Origin: Deltaproteobacteria bacterium
GTDB lineage: Bacteria; Myxococcota_A; Polyangia; JAAYKL01
DNA: 64,000 nucleotides
Direction: 5' to 3'
Assembly (NCBI GenBank): GCA_016936575.1
Contig: JAFGXQ010000045.1
Coordinates: 70,664 to 134,663, forward strand
Of this stretch, positions 37,441 through 47,201 are shown in pieces. The translations under genes and the position numbers were made by a program. Numbering within the stretch: the stretch's first letter is position 1; every line of letters starts with the position of its first letter. The notes beneath the pieces were generated by a model that did not search any database, had not been told where the DNA came from, and saw only the letters and a list, made by a program, of their open reading frames with translations.

Positions 37441-39036
37441 ATGAAAAAAATACTAGCATTTGTATTTGTTGCGGCTTCTGTAGCCATGTTCGCCGTGGGT
37501 TGCGGCCCGAAAAAAAATGGTGGAGATTCGAAACCGGCAGAAGTAAAAGAAGAAGTGACCATCGACCTCTTCGTGATGTCTCAATGCCCCTATGGTGTTC
37601 AAGCAGTTGACGGATTTTATCCGTTACTGGAGAAGTTCGGCGGTCAGGTCGGCCTTAATGTAAATTATATCGGACAGAAAAAACCCGATGGTTCTCTCTC
37701 CAGTATGCACGGAGAAAAAGAAGTTCAGGGTGATATCAGTCAACTCTGCGCCAAAGAGATCGCGCCTTCAAAAAAAGAATACTGGGCATACATGACCTGC
37801 GTGAACGAAAAATGGCGGGAAATCCCCCAACACGATGCAGAATGCGCCACAACCGCCAAACTCGATGCCGCCAAATTCAAAGCATGCACAGAAGGCGAAC
37901 AAGGCAAAAAACTGCTTTCTGCCAGCTTTGACTTGGCCAAAACCAAAGGCGCCACCGGCAGCCCCTCAATCTTCATCGGTGAAGAGCGCTACAGCGGAAA
38001 TCGTTCCGACAAAGCGTTGGAGCAGTACATCTGCAATAAATTCGGCAAAGAAAAAGGTCTGAATTACTGCAATAACATGGAGCCTCCGGCAGAAGTGAAA
38101 CTGATTGCCATCACCGACAAGCGCTGCGGCGCGCCCTGCGACACCAGCAAAATGATCCAGAGCCTCAACGGTATCTTCATGGGCCTCAAACCCACCGTTA
38201 TGGATTGGTCCGACGCAGAAGCACAGAAAATCGCAAAAGCCGCCAATGTTACCAAACTTCCCGCCCTGCTGTTCGACGGCAGTGTTGAAAAAGACGATGG
38301 TGGATTCAAACACATGCAGCGCTGGCTCACCAAAACCGGCGACTACTATTTGGTTAAAGTAAAAGCCGATTTCGACCCCAATGCTGAAATCTGTGACAAC
38401 AAAAAAGATGACACCGGCAACGGTCTGGTCGATTGCGATGACGAGAGCTGCAAAAACACCCTCACCTGCCGTCCCCAGACTGAGAAAACCCTCGAAGTGT
38501 TCGTAATGAGCCAATGCCCCTTCGGCGCCATGGCCGTAAATGCGATGGGCGAGGTTCTCGAGGCATTCGGCAGCGACATGGACTTCCAGCTCCATTTCAT
38601 CGGCAACATGGCCGGGGACAAAATCTCCTCCATGCACGGTCAATCGGAAGTGGATGAAAATATTCGTTGGGCATGTGCGAAAAAACTGTATCCCAACAAC
38701 AACGATTACCTGAAATACGTATGGTGTCGTGCGGAAGACTACAAAAACCCCGATTGGAAAAAATGTGCGACCGGCCCCATCAAGGCCGCCGCCATCGAGA
38801 AATGCTTTAACGAAGAAGGCACTGAGCTGCTGAAAGAAGATATCGCGATTGCCAACGGTCTGGGCATCGGCGCCAGCCCCACCTGGATTGTAAACGGCAC
38901 CACCAAATTCAGCGGTGTAACCCCCAAAGCGATTCAGGACAACTTCTGCAAAGCCAATGCCGGCCTCAAAGGCTGTGATAAACCGCTTTCCAATGATCGC
39001 GCCAGCAAGGCACCGGCCGGTTCCTGTGGCGGTTGA
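37441..39036 (+). CDS. Lipoprotein with two tandem GILT-like thiol-reductase (thioredoxin-fold) domains
   Basis: Lipobox FAVGCG. An internal duplication reiterates FVMSQCPYG.../FVMSQCPFG... and SSMHGEKEVQGDISQLCA / SSMHGQSEVDENIRWACA, resembling the GILT signature (C)QHGxxEC.xN....AC. The active site is CPxG (single Cys) rather than CxxC. The overlapping 37966..39186 minus ORF is a shadow. Confidence 0.45.
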   Translation: MKKILAFVFVAASVAMFAVGCGPKKNGGDSKPAEVKEEVTIDLFVMSQCPYGVQAVDGFYPLLEKFGGQVGLNVNYIGQKKPDGSLSSMHGEKEVQGDISQLCAKEIAPSKKEYWAYMTCVNEKWREIPQHDAECATTAKLDAAKFKACTEGEQGKKLLSASFDLAKTKGATGSPSIFIGEERYSGNRSDKALEQYICNKFGKEKGLNYCNNMEPPAEVKLIAITDKRCGAPCDTSKMIQSLNGIFMGLKPTVMDWSDAEAQKIAKAANVTKLPALLFDGSVEKDDGGFKHMQRWLTKTGDYYLVKVKADFDPNAEICDNKKDDTGNGLVDCDDESCKNTLTCRPQTEKTLEVFVMSQCPFGAMAVNAMGEVLEAFGSDMDFQLHFIGNMAGDKISSMHGQSEVDENIRWACAKKLYPNNNDYLKYVWCRAEDYKNPDWKKCATGPIKAAAIEKCFNEEGTELLKEDIAIANGLGIGASPTWIVNGTTKFSGVTPKAIQDNFCKANAGLKGCDKPLSNDRASKAPAGSCGG

Positions 39037-39200
39037 TATTGACCGTCCGATAGCTTCGCGGCGATTCCCTCGCCTCCCGCTCTCCACAGCAACTTGATAT
39101 CCGCCGATTAAACCTGTCGTTTTTAACTGATATTTGCACTGGTTTATGTTTAAACCAACATGAATCCTTTGTAACAGCATATGCATGAACTGGAGACGTT

Positions 39201-39959
39201 ATGACCAACCGAAACGACATCGTATCATTTTTAGACGACTATCTGGCAATCAACCAAATCAGCGATAAATCAATGAACGGCCTACAAGTGGAAGGTGCGA
39301 CCGAAATTACCAAAGTGGCCCTGGCAACAGACGCGGCTCTGGCCACCTATGAGAAAGCATCCGCTCAACACGCGGAGATGCTTATTGTTCATCACGGTTT
39401 TATATGGGGCGGAATCAGATACATTACCGGCCGCAATTTTGAGCACATCAAGTATCTAATAAACAACGATTTAAATCTTTACGCGGCGCATCTGCCGTTG
39501 GACATGCATCCGGAAGTCGGAAACAACGCGCTGCTGGCAAACATGGTCGGATTGAAACGAATCAAACCGTTTGGCGAATATATGGGTACGAGTGTGGGGT
39601 TTGCGGGATTGCTGCCGGAGCCCATGTCACTTGCCCAATTAGAAACGCTGTACTCCACCAAACTGAATACCACCGCGCAGACCATTGCATTCGGACCTGA
39701 CCAGATTTCATCGGTGGCAATCGTTTCAGGCGGTGGTGCTTCCACGTTGGGCGAGGCGATAGCGAAGGGTTTTGACTGTTTGATAACGGGCGAAGGTTCG
39801 CACGACAAATATCACGAAGCCCGAGAAGGAAACATTCACCTGATGTATTTGGGGCACTACAAAACAGAAACCTGCGGTGTCATCGCCCTGGGTGATAAAT
39901 TGAAAGAAGAGTTTCCAAAGCTGGAAACCGTATTTATTGACGAGCCGACCGGATATTAA
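39201..39959 (+). CDS. Nif3-family dinuclear metal-centre protein (YqfO/YbgI-like)
   Basis: Conserved N-terminal LDDYLAINQISDKSMNGLQVEG, the metal-binding HHGFIWGG, and the C-terminal YLGHYKTETCGVIALGDKLKEEF. 252 aa. Confidence 0.75.
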   Translation: MTNRNDIVSFLDDYLAINQISDKSMNGLQVEGATEITKVALATDAALATYEKASAQHAEMLIVHHGFIWGGIRYITGRNFEHIKYLINNDLNLYAAHLPLDMHPEVGNNALLANMVGLKRIKPFGEYMGTSVGFAGLLPEPMSLAQLETLYSTKLNTTAQTIAFGPDQISSVAIVSGGGASTLGEAIAKGFDCLITGEGSHDKYHEAREGNIHLMYLGHYKTETCGVIALGDKLKEEFPKLETVFIDEPTGY

Positions 39960-40099
39960 CAGGCTCCCCCCTGCCCTCGCATACAATTCACCGTTTATTA
40001 ATGAATTTCGCCCAATAGACATCCCGCGCTGCAAACCGTCAATCGCCCGATTCCCTGAACAATTTCACCATTCCACTTGTGCAGCCGCGGCTGAAGCGT

Positions 40100-40127
40100 A
40101 AAAAAAAACGTCGCGACCCATGCGACC
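40100..40127 (-). terminator. Rho-independent terminator on the minus strand: hairpin GGUCGC-AUGGGUC-GCGAC followed by U9
   Basis: Plus-strand a(9) at 40100..40108, then cgtcgcgacccatgcgacc. On the minus strand this reads as a 5-6-bp GC stem then UUUUUUUUU. It lies about 240 nt downstream of the meaB stop. Confidence 0.5.
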
Positions 40128-40150
40128 TACACTGTCATCTTGCCCGGAAA

Positions 40151-40272
40151 CCGTAGCGACACACGTGACCTCATCGTGATCTCCAAAAATATCCGTGGTG
40201 ACACACGTGACCCCATCGTTATTTTTCACTAAAATTATCGTGGCACATGTACCCCCTCCATTCATTCCACAG
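40151..40272. repeat. Three degenerate ~45-bp tandem repeats with core CGTGGTGACACACGTGACCCCATCGT (contains the CACGTG palindrome) in the meaB/Nif3 convergent spacer
   Basis: Unit 1 ccgtagcgacacacgtgacctcatcgtgatctccaaaaatat; unit 2 ccgtggtgacacacgtgaccccatcgttatttttcactaaaattat; unit 3 cgtggcacatgtaccccctccattcattccacag. The small ORF 40065..40265 (minus) is just these repeats translated (GVTCVTT/EVTCVAT). Confidence 0.6.
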
Positions 40273-40364
40273 AAAAATGGTAGGACAAGCGGTAAAACAC
40301 CGTTATTTTCATATTAAAAGTCAAACGCTGAGAATGACATTGAAGGGCGAAGGATATTTCGTCT

Positions 40365-41369
40365 TTACTCGGTTTTCCATGCCGCGAGAATTGTTTGAAT
40401 AGCCTCGACGAGGGTTGTTTTGCCGGAAAGAAAAGCATCTTCTGTAGCGGAAAGGGCTTGCTTGACATTGTCATCGGCAAAAAAACGGGCCTGCAGTTGC
40501 GAGGCCAGACGCAACCGCAGCCATTGGCGTTGCTGTTTTTGACGGCGGTCAGTGAATGTGCCGCGGGATGTAGTGGCTTCAACGAACTGCTGCACAACTG
40601 CCCATGCGGTTTCCATACCGCTATGTTCAAGCGCTGAGCACACATCCACCGACGTTTTCCAACCCGACGTCGCAGCGCGCATAAACTCAATGGATTGCTG
40701 ATATTCGTTACGTGCGGCATCGGCTGACATGCGGTTTTCGCCGTCGGCTTTGTTGATTAGAATGTGATCAGCCAATTCCATAATTCCGCGCTTCATTCCC
40801 TGCAGATTGTCTCCCGCATTCGGTAACATAAGCAGTAAAAAGAAATCCACCAAATCCCGCACGGTCACTTCGTTCTGCCCAACCCCTACCGTCTCTACCA
40901 GAACCACATCAAACCCCGCAGCCTCACACAATAAAATGGTCTCTGTGGTGTTGGCCGCCACTCCCCCCAATGCACCCTTTGATGGAACCGGGCGAATAAA
41001 ACAATCCCGATTCCGCACCAGTGTTTCCATACGCGTCTTATCACCGAGAATTGAACCGCCCGAAATCGAGCTGCTTGGGTCTACCGCAATCACGGCTACT
41101 TTTTTTCCAATCGACAAGAGGTAACTACCGAATGCTTCGATAAACGTGCTCTTTCCCACTCCAGGTACACCGGTGATTCCAATGCGCACAGTGTTTCGCG
41201 GCACAGACACAAATCGACCCAACAATTCACCCGCCAGCTCCATGTGGTCCAGATGACTGCTTTCCACCAATGTGATGGCGCGCCCCAGCGCTGTGCGATC
41301 GCCTTCAAGAACGCCTTGCACCAGCTGTTCAATAGATAACGACGGTCGCTTCGCAGAGGGGAAGGTCAT
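40365..41369 (-). CDS. meaB: Methylmalonyl-CoA mutase-associated GTPase MeaB/ArgK (G3E family)
   Basis: P-loop GITGVPGVGKSTFIEA, ILINKADGEN (NKxD), and strong whole-length resemblance to MeaB. Start preferred at MTFPSAKRP, 4 nt after the mutB stop. Confidence 0.85.
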   Translation of the reverse strand: MTFPSAKRPSLSIEQLVQGVLEGDRTALGRAITLVESSHLDHMELAGELLGRFVSVPRNTVRIGITGVPGVGKSTFIEAFGSYLLSIGKKVAVIAVDPSSSISGGSILGDKTRMETLVRNRDCFIRPVPSKGALGGVAANTTETILLCEAAGFDVVLVETVGVGQNEVTVRDLVDFFLLLMLPNAGDNLQGMKRGIMELADHILINKADGENRMSADAARNEYQQSIEFMRAATSGWKTSVDVCSALEHSGMETAWAVVQQFVEATTSRGTFTDRRQKQQRQWLRLRLASQLQARFFADDNVKQALSATEDAFLSGKTTLVEAIQTILAAWKTE

Positions 41370-41373
41370 CGGC

Positions 41374-43539
41374 TCACTCGTGCCCGAGGCGTTGTGACAG
41401 ACTGGCAAGAATTTTCAATGCGGCATTAGGGATCACGGTTCCCGGGCCGAACACTTCAGCAGCGCCGTTGTCTTTCAAGAACGCCACATCGGCAGGCGGA
41501 ATCACGCCGCCGGCAATGATCATGATGTCTTCGCGTTGGTACCGCTTCAGTTCCTCCACCAGAGCAGTCAGTAAGGTCTTGTGTCCTCCAGCCAAAGAGC
41601 TCATCCCAATCACATGCACATCGTTTTCAACTGCCTGCTGTGCGGTTTCTGCCGGTGTCTGAAACAGAATACCCACGTCCACATCAAATCCGAAATCCGC
41701 GAAGGCTGTTGCGATTACTTTGGCACCGCGATCATGTCCGTCCTGCCCCATCTTTGCCACCAGCAACCTCGGACGACGCCCCTCCTGTACTTCAAATGCT
41801 TCGACGCTACTGCGGATACGATCAATCACTTCTTTTTCCATAAACTCTCCTCCATACACCCCTTTTACTGCCTGTACCTGCGCCTGATGACGTCCAAACA
41901 CTTTCTCCATCGCACCGGTAATCTCGCCCAGCGTCGCCCGCGCCCGGGCTGCAGCAACACTTAATTCAAGTAAATTTCCATCACTCGACTCCGCACAACG
42001 GGTAATGGCCGAAAGCGCATCTTCCACGGCCTGTGCATCACGTTGTGCACGCAGCTGCTTCAATCGCGCCACCTGAGCGTCCCGCACTTCGGTGTTGTCG
42101 ACCTCCAGGCTTTCAATTTCTTCTTCCTCTTCAAGCGAATATAGATTCACGCCAACGATGGGTTCCACTCCGCTGTCGATGCGTGCCTGCCGCCGTGCCG
42201 CCGCCTCTTCGATGCGCATTTTGGGCACGCCGGTCTCAATCGCCTTGGCCATGCCGCCCAGCTTCTCGATTTCAACAATGTGCCGCCACGCCTGTTTCAT
42301 AATTTGATCGGTCAGGTATTCCACATAGTACGAACCGCCGAAGGGATCTACCGTGTTGCAGATACCGGTCTCTTCCTGCAGGTACAACTGTGTGTTTCGC
42401 GCGATACGCGCAGATCGTTCTGTCGGTAGCGAAAGCGCTTCATCGAGTGAATTGGTATGCAGTGACTGCGTTCCGCCGAATGCCGCCGCCATGGCCTCCA
42501 CACAGGTCCTCGCGATATTGTTGTATGGGTCCTGAGCAGTCAAACTCCAGCCCGATGTTTGAGTATGGGTGCGCAATGCCATCGATTTCGGATTTCGTGC
42601 CCCCAAAGACTTCACCAATTTTGCCCACAGTACCCGTGCGGCGCGCATTTTGGCAATCTCCAGAAAAAAATCTTTTCCCGTGGCCCAGAAAAACGAAATA
42701 CGCGGTGCAAACACATCAATATCAACCCCGGCTTGAATGCCGGTGCGCAGATATTCCAGCCCGTCGGCCAAGGTGTACGCCATTTCTAAATCGGGCGTGG
42801 CACCCGCTTCCTGCATATGATACCCGGATACCGAAATATTGTTGAATTTAGGCATGTATGCCGACGTGTACTTAAAAATGTCGGCGATAATTCTCATGGA
42901 CGGCGCGGGAGGATAAATATACGTATTTCGTACCATGTACTCTTTTAAGATATCGTTCTGAATTGTGCCGGTCAGCTGTTCGAGCGCCACCCCCTGCTCC
43001 ATGGCTGCCACAATATAAAACGCCATAATGGGCAGAACCGCCCCGTTCATGGTCATCGACACACTCATGCGATCGAGTGGAATCTGATCGAACAAAATAT
43101 TCATGTCCAAAATTGAATCGACCGCCACCCCGGCTTTTCCCACATCGCTGATCACCCGCTCATGCTCGGAATCGTAGCCGCGGTGCGTGGCCAAATCGAA
43201 TGCAATGGACAGCCCCATCTGCCCGGCGGCGAGATTCTTTTTGTAAAATTCGTTACTTTTTTCGGCGGTTGAAAAACCGGCATATTGCCGCACTGTCCAA
43301 GGCCGAGTGACGTACATCGAGGCATACGGTCCCCTTAAATACGGAGGAATTCCCGCAGTGAACCCCAGGTGAGAAATACCGGTGATATCATTCTGAGAAA
43401 ATATTTTTCGCTCATTCTCCCCTTCCTCCGTCGAAGTGGAAAATCCGACGACTGTTTCTTTCGTGACCGTTTGCATCGCTTTTTTTAATGACGCATACGA
43501 AATACCGGAAAGCGCTGTGCGCGAAGTTGACCTACTCAT
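41374..43539 (-). CDS. mutB: Methylmalonyl-CoA mutase large (alpha, catalytic) subunit with C-terminal B12-binding domain
   Basis: Whole-length colinearity with Propionibacterium MutB: [86 protein letters not shown], and the B12 motif [24 protein letters not shown] (DxHxxG). Start preferred at MSRSTS, with GGAGG 7 nt upstream. Confidence 0.9.
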   Translation of the reverse strand: MSRSTSRTALSGISYASLKKAMQTVTKETVVGFSTSTEEGENERKIFSQNDITGISHLGFTAGIPPYLRGPYASMYVTRPWTVRQYAGFSTAEKSNEFYKKNLAAGQMGLSIAFDLATHRGYDSEHERVISDVGKAGVAVDSILDMNILFDQIPLDRMSVSMTMNGAVLPIMAFYIVAAMEQGVALEQLTGTIQNDILKEYMVRNTYIYPPAPSMRIIADIFKYTSAYMPKFNNISVSGYHMQEAGATPDLEMAYTLADGLEYLRTGIQAGVDIDVFAPRISFFWATGKDFFLEIAKMRAARVLWAKLVKSLGARNPKSMALRTHTQTSGWSLTAQDPYNNIARTCVEAMAAAFGGTQSLHTNSLDEALSLPTERSARIARNTQLYLQEETGICNTVDPFGGSYYVEYLTDQIMKQAWRHIVEIEKLGGMAKAIETGVPKMRIEEAAARRQARIDSGVEPIVGVNLYSLEEEEEIESLEVDNTEVRDAQVARLKQLRAQRDAQAVEDALSAITRCAESSDGNLLELSVAAARARATLGEITGAMEKVFGRHQAQVQAVKGVYGGEFMEKEVIDRIRSSVEAFEVQEGRRPRLLVAKMGQDGHDRGAKVIATAFADFGFDVDVGILFQTPAETAQQAVENDVHVIGMSSLAGGHKTLLTALVEELKRYQREDIMIIAGGVIPPADVAFLKDNGAAEVFGPGTVIPNAALKILASLSQRLGHE

Positions 43540-45646
43540 GGACGCCTCCATTCTCGTCAGCGGCCCCTTCTCCGCAAATCCTGTGTACCAGTTGCGACAA
43601 CAGTTCATAATGATCCGACCCCAAATAAATGAAGTGCTTCATTCCCGCGTCGCGTAACGCCGACTCCAACGCCCCGGGGCGGCCGGCCAACACCAACTCC
43701 GCGTTGCTTTTCTTTTTCAACTCGGTGGCCAGCAAAACAGCCGATTCGGCATAGGCTTCGTCAGTCGAACATAATACAAACACATGCGCCGTCATCGATA
43801 CGGCGGCATCCACCAGAGCAGATACCTCGTCGCAAGCGGCCGATTCAATTATCCTGAACCCGGCGGCATTGAAAAACGACCTCGAAAAATCCGTCCGCGG
43901 CTTGCTCTGCCGCAGTGTTCCCAGGCGCAACAATCCGACAGTGCAAGGCTCCAGCGATGTCTCCGCAAAGATTCGAACCCGACGGCGAAGCTGTTCATAG
44001 GCATACGTCAGTCTCCGCTTCGGAATCGGAGACACCTTTACCGGTTCCCCTTGCTTCACCGCGTGGTTTACTTCACTAAAAATTGCCCCGGATTGAAGCG
44101 CATTAACCGCAACCGCAATTACATTGTCATCATCGAGGGACAATCCAATCGAATGGCTCTGCCGAACAGAACCATCAACCTTCGCCCGCGCTGCATCTCG
44201 GGCAGGGACCTTCTCATATGCATTATCCGCCGCATCAAACGCCACAAAATCATTTACACCGATCATTTTTCGCTTTCGACGATTCAACGCTGACTGCTGA
44301 GTATTCCATGTCTCAGCGATTGCTGCCTGAACATATTCATTTTTCAGCGCGGCAACGATGCCGCCTTCTTTATCAATTTGCCCCACGCGGCGCCATGCGG
44401 CTTCCGCGATGGCATCTGTCAGGTACTCCACATAATAACTTCCACCACATGGGTCTGCCACATCGCCGAGCTTGCACTCCTGCTGCAGTACTACCTGAGT
44501 ATTTCGCGCAATCCGCTGCGCGAAAGCCCCACCGCCGAACCAGGATTCATCAAACGGTGCGGTATGCACACTTCTCGCGCCGCCCAACGCACCGCTCATG
44601 GTTGCGGTTATGCCCCTCAACGTATTTATCAACGGTTCATCCACCGAAGCATAAAAACGCGATGTACGCGCACGAATAACAATGTCATCCGGAACCTCTC
44701 CCCCCAACGATTTCACCAGCCCGGCGAATAACAGCCTCAATGCCCGTTGTTTGGCAATGTCTTCAAAGAAATCGCCTCCCACCGACAACTGAAACACCAT
44801 CTGGCCAGCAGCAGCATTCAATGAAATTCCACGCTCCGACAACGCTGCCAGATAGGCCGCGGCTTCACTAAGGCAGCATGCCAGTTCCATAGAAGCGCTG
44901 CTTCCACCTGCCTGATATACGGTGCCGTCGATTAGAATCACGCGGAGCCGTGGTGTCACTTCTTCTGCCCAGCGAATCAATACCGCGGTCTCATCGAACA
45001 GCGCGGTTTCGTCACACGGCACAGTTCCCGTCGCAGCCAATTGACTCAAGGGCGAAAACCCGAGTCCACCAGCCAGTTCGCCTGGTTCGCGCTGATGCAT
45101 AAGACAAACCGCGTGCAACAGAGAGGCGGCAGCGATTCCCGCACTTTGACAATACAACCGAATCGGCAAATTAAATAATTCTGCCGGCAGCGCTTCAGCC
45201 ATATCGCTGACAGTTTGAATGGAAACACCGACATCAGCAGTCTGGTCGGACACATCAACTCCGGCTGCCGACGATTGCTCCAACACCAATTGAATTTCAG
45301 TCAATCCAACAGCCAAATCTTTTTTTACCTGAGCCGCAAACGACGCGGGCGAGGCACATTGGTAGACCTGACCGATGTGCCAGTGCTCATGCTCAGCCTG
45401 ACCGTGTCTTCGTCCCGTACGCACAACAGAAGGGGCCGTCTGTTCAACCGCCTGATTTTCTTCAGTAAATATTGAATCCAGCGTTATTCCATCGAGATTG
45501 GTCCGTACAAGTAATTTATCGTATGGAGCCCCTTTCAGACCCTTTGTTACGGCGTCTTTCCATTCTGAGAAAGTCGACCTGGCAAAAGAGGTTATATTTG
45601 GTTCGGTTTCATTTTCTGCAATTGGTTTTAAATGTTTCAGTGTCAT
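43532..45646 (-). CDS. mutA: Methylmalonyl-CoA mutase small (beta) subunit
   Basis: Mutase fold with [44 protein letters not shown], but no DxHxxG in the C-terminal Rossmann-like domain. Immediately upstream of mutB. Confidence 0.75.
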   Translation of the reverse strand: MTLKHLKPIAENETEPNITSFARSTFSEWKDAVTKGLKGAPYDKLLVRTNLDGITLDSIFTEENQAVEQTAPSVVRTGRRHGQAEHEHWHIGQVYQCASPASFAAQVKKDLAVGLTEIQLVLEQSSAAGVDVSDQTADVGVSIQTVSDMAEALPAELFNLPIRLYCQSAGIAAASLLHAVCLMHQREPGELAGGLGFSPLSQLAATGTVPCDETALFDETAVLIRWAEEVTPRLRVILIDGTVYQAGGSSASMELACCLSEAAAYLAALSERGISLNAAAGQMVFQLSVGGDFFEDIAKQRALRLLFAGLVKSLGGEVPDDIVIRARTSRFYASVDEPLINTLRGITATMSGALGGARSVHTAPFDESWFGGGAFAQRIARNTQVVLQQECKLGDVADPCGGSYYVEYLTDAIAEAAWRRVGQIDKEGGIVAALKNEYVQAAIAETWNTQQSALNRRKRKMIGVNDFVAFDAADNAYEKVPARDAARAKVDGSVRQSHSIGLSLDDDNVIAVAVNALQSGAIFSEVNHAVKQGEPVKVSPIPKRRLTYAYEQLRRRVRIFAETSLEPCTVGLLRLGTLRQSKPRTDFSRSFFNAAGFRIIESAACDEVSALVDAAVSMTAHVFVLCSTDEAYAESAVLLATELKKKSNAELVLAGRPGALESALRDAGMKHFIYLGSDHYELLSQLVHRICGEGAADENGGVHE

Positions 45647-45820
45647 CGTTCTTTCTTCTATCGAAAAACAGAAAAATTGGAACTCACATAACACCTATTC
45701 CGCGCTGTGTTGTCAATTCTACAATGATGTGCTATTCGAGTTTTTATGAAGTTTTTTAATTTGACTGCACATAAAAAACGCCTACGTTAATGGGTAAATG
45801 ACTTTCAATGGAGCGAGAAT

Positions 45821-46735
45821 TTGAGTTTCGAACACCTAACTCCAACCGAAGTACCTGAAGCGATCGAATCTATTGCATCTTCTCGCATCATCCGTGCCGG
45901 AGCCGACAGATTACAGGGACAAATCCTGAACGGCAAGTATCGTCTCACATCCATTCTCTCCAAGGGCGGTGCGGGATCGGTGTACCTCGCCAGAAACGTG
46001 GAATCCGGTTCACTCGTTGCCATTAAAATACTTCGTTCCGATCTCAATCTGGTTCCCCGGGTTCGAGAACGGTTCCTGACGGAATCCAGAGCCGCTGCCC
46101 GTATTCGACACCCTGCAGTGGTACACGCCATCGAGTTGGGAGAAACCGCGGAAGGGGCACTCTTTTTCGTAATGGATTACGTTCCCGGCCCCCCACTTCG
46201 CAAGCTGCTGAATAGTCATACACTGACCATACAACAATCTGTTTTGATTGCTGCGGCAACCGCAGAAGGATTGAAAGCAGCTCATACTCAGGATGTTGTA
46301 CACCGCGACTTGAAACCGGAAAACATTTTAATTCCCCGAAACAAAAACGCCGGAAGCGTGGTAAAAATCGTCGATTTCGGCATTGCCAGGCTTCTGAATA
46401 CCCCGCGTATCACCACCACAGAACACATTCTGGGAACACCCAGCTATCTGTCGCCCGAACAGGCCGAAGGCCTAAGCATCGATCGTCGAACAGACATCTA
46501 TTCGCTGGGCATCATCATGTACGAAATGCTGACCGGTAGCGTACCATTTCAGGGCGATACCACCGAAGAACTGCTTGATGCACAGATACGGCGAATTCCC
46601 ACCCCCATACACAATCGAGTATTGAAACCCCTTCCTCACCCCCTTGAACAGCTCGTCATGGGATGTCTGCAGAAAAATCCGGACCACCGCCCCAACAGCA
46701 TGGACGAAGTATTGGCCATTCTTTCGATTGTGTAA
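45821..46735 (+). CDS. Hanks-type Ser/Thr protein kinase (kinase domain only)
   Basis: GGAGSVYLA...VAIKIL (Gly loop plus Lys), HRDLKPENILI, DFGIAR, GTPSYLSPEQ, DIYSLGIIMYEMLTG. Confidence 0.85.
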   Translation: MSFEHLTPTEVPEAIESIASSRIIRAGADRLQGQILNGKYRLTSILSKGGAGSVYLARNVESGSLVAIKILRSDLNLVPRVRERFLTESRAAARIRHPAVVHAIELGETAEGALFFVMDYVPGPPLRKLLNSHTLTIQQSVLIAAATAEGLKAAHTQDVVHRDLKPENILIPRNKNAGSVVKIVDFGIARLLNTPRITTTEHILGTPSYLSPEQAEGLSIDRRTDIYSLGIIMYEMLTGSVPFQGDTTEELLDAQIRRIPTPIHNRVLKPLPHPLEQLVMGCLQKNPDHRPNSMDEVLAILSIV

Positions 46736-46749
46736 TGTTCAAAGCGAAC

Positions 46750-47139
46750 TCATTCGGCGGACTTGTTTAGGATTTGTTCAATTTTTTCTACGTAGGTATT
46801 CAATTCGAAGACCGGCTTTTTCAATACATTGGTGTCCTGGATACCCAATTTTTGCAATGGGGCACTCACTCGATAATCCAATGTTCCGGTTTGGATAAGA
46901 AATTTCATGTGACCGCATATTTCATGTGCAGCCAGCATGAAATCCTCACCATTCATCTCGGGCATACGAATATCGACGACAGCAATATCAAAGCACGCAC
47001 CCGATTTCAGCAATTGCAGTGCGGAAATCGCACTTTCAGCGGTCTGTACTTCAAAGTCGCAGTCTTCTAAATACTGTTCAAGGCTGTCTCGGACAACCGC
47101 TTCGTCGTCCACTACAAGTATGCGTTTTTCTTCTGTCAT
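46750..47139 (-). CDS. Single-domain response regulator (CheY-like receiver)
   Basis: ILVVDDEAVVRDSL...DIAVVDIRMPEMNGEDF...LKKP. 129 aa, no output domain. Confidence 0.8.
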   Translation of the reverse strand: MTEEKRILVVDDEAVVRDSLEQYLEDCDFEVQTAESAISALQLLKSGACFDIAVVDIRMPEMNGEDFMLAAHEICGHMKFLIQTGTLDYRVSAPLQKLGIQDTNVLKKPVFELNTYVEKIEQILNKSAE

Positions 47140-47201
47140 ATTTTCTCATCCCCCGGATTCGCAATAATCCATTGATTGCGTTTATTTCACATAAATAATC
47201 C

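Noticed and set aside
37966-39186. 406-aa minus-strand ORF antisense to the GILT-like lipoprotein gene
   Set aside because: Gly/Phe/Val-rich low-complexity translation typical of a shadow ORF. The plus-strand frame has a lipobox, an internal duplication and conserved motifs.
45695-45820. Possible cobalamin riboswitch upstream of mutA
   Set aside because: No B12-box (GCCACUG-like) or conserved riboswitch core was recognised in the 126-bp divergent spacer. Methylmalonyl-CoA mutase operons are not typically riboswitch-controlled.
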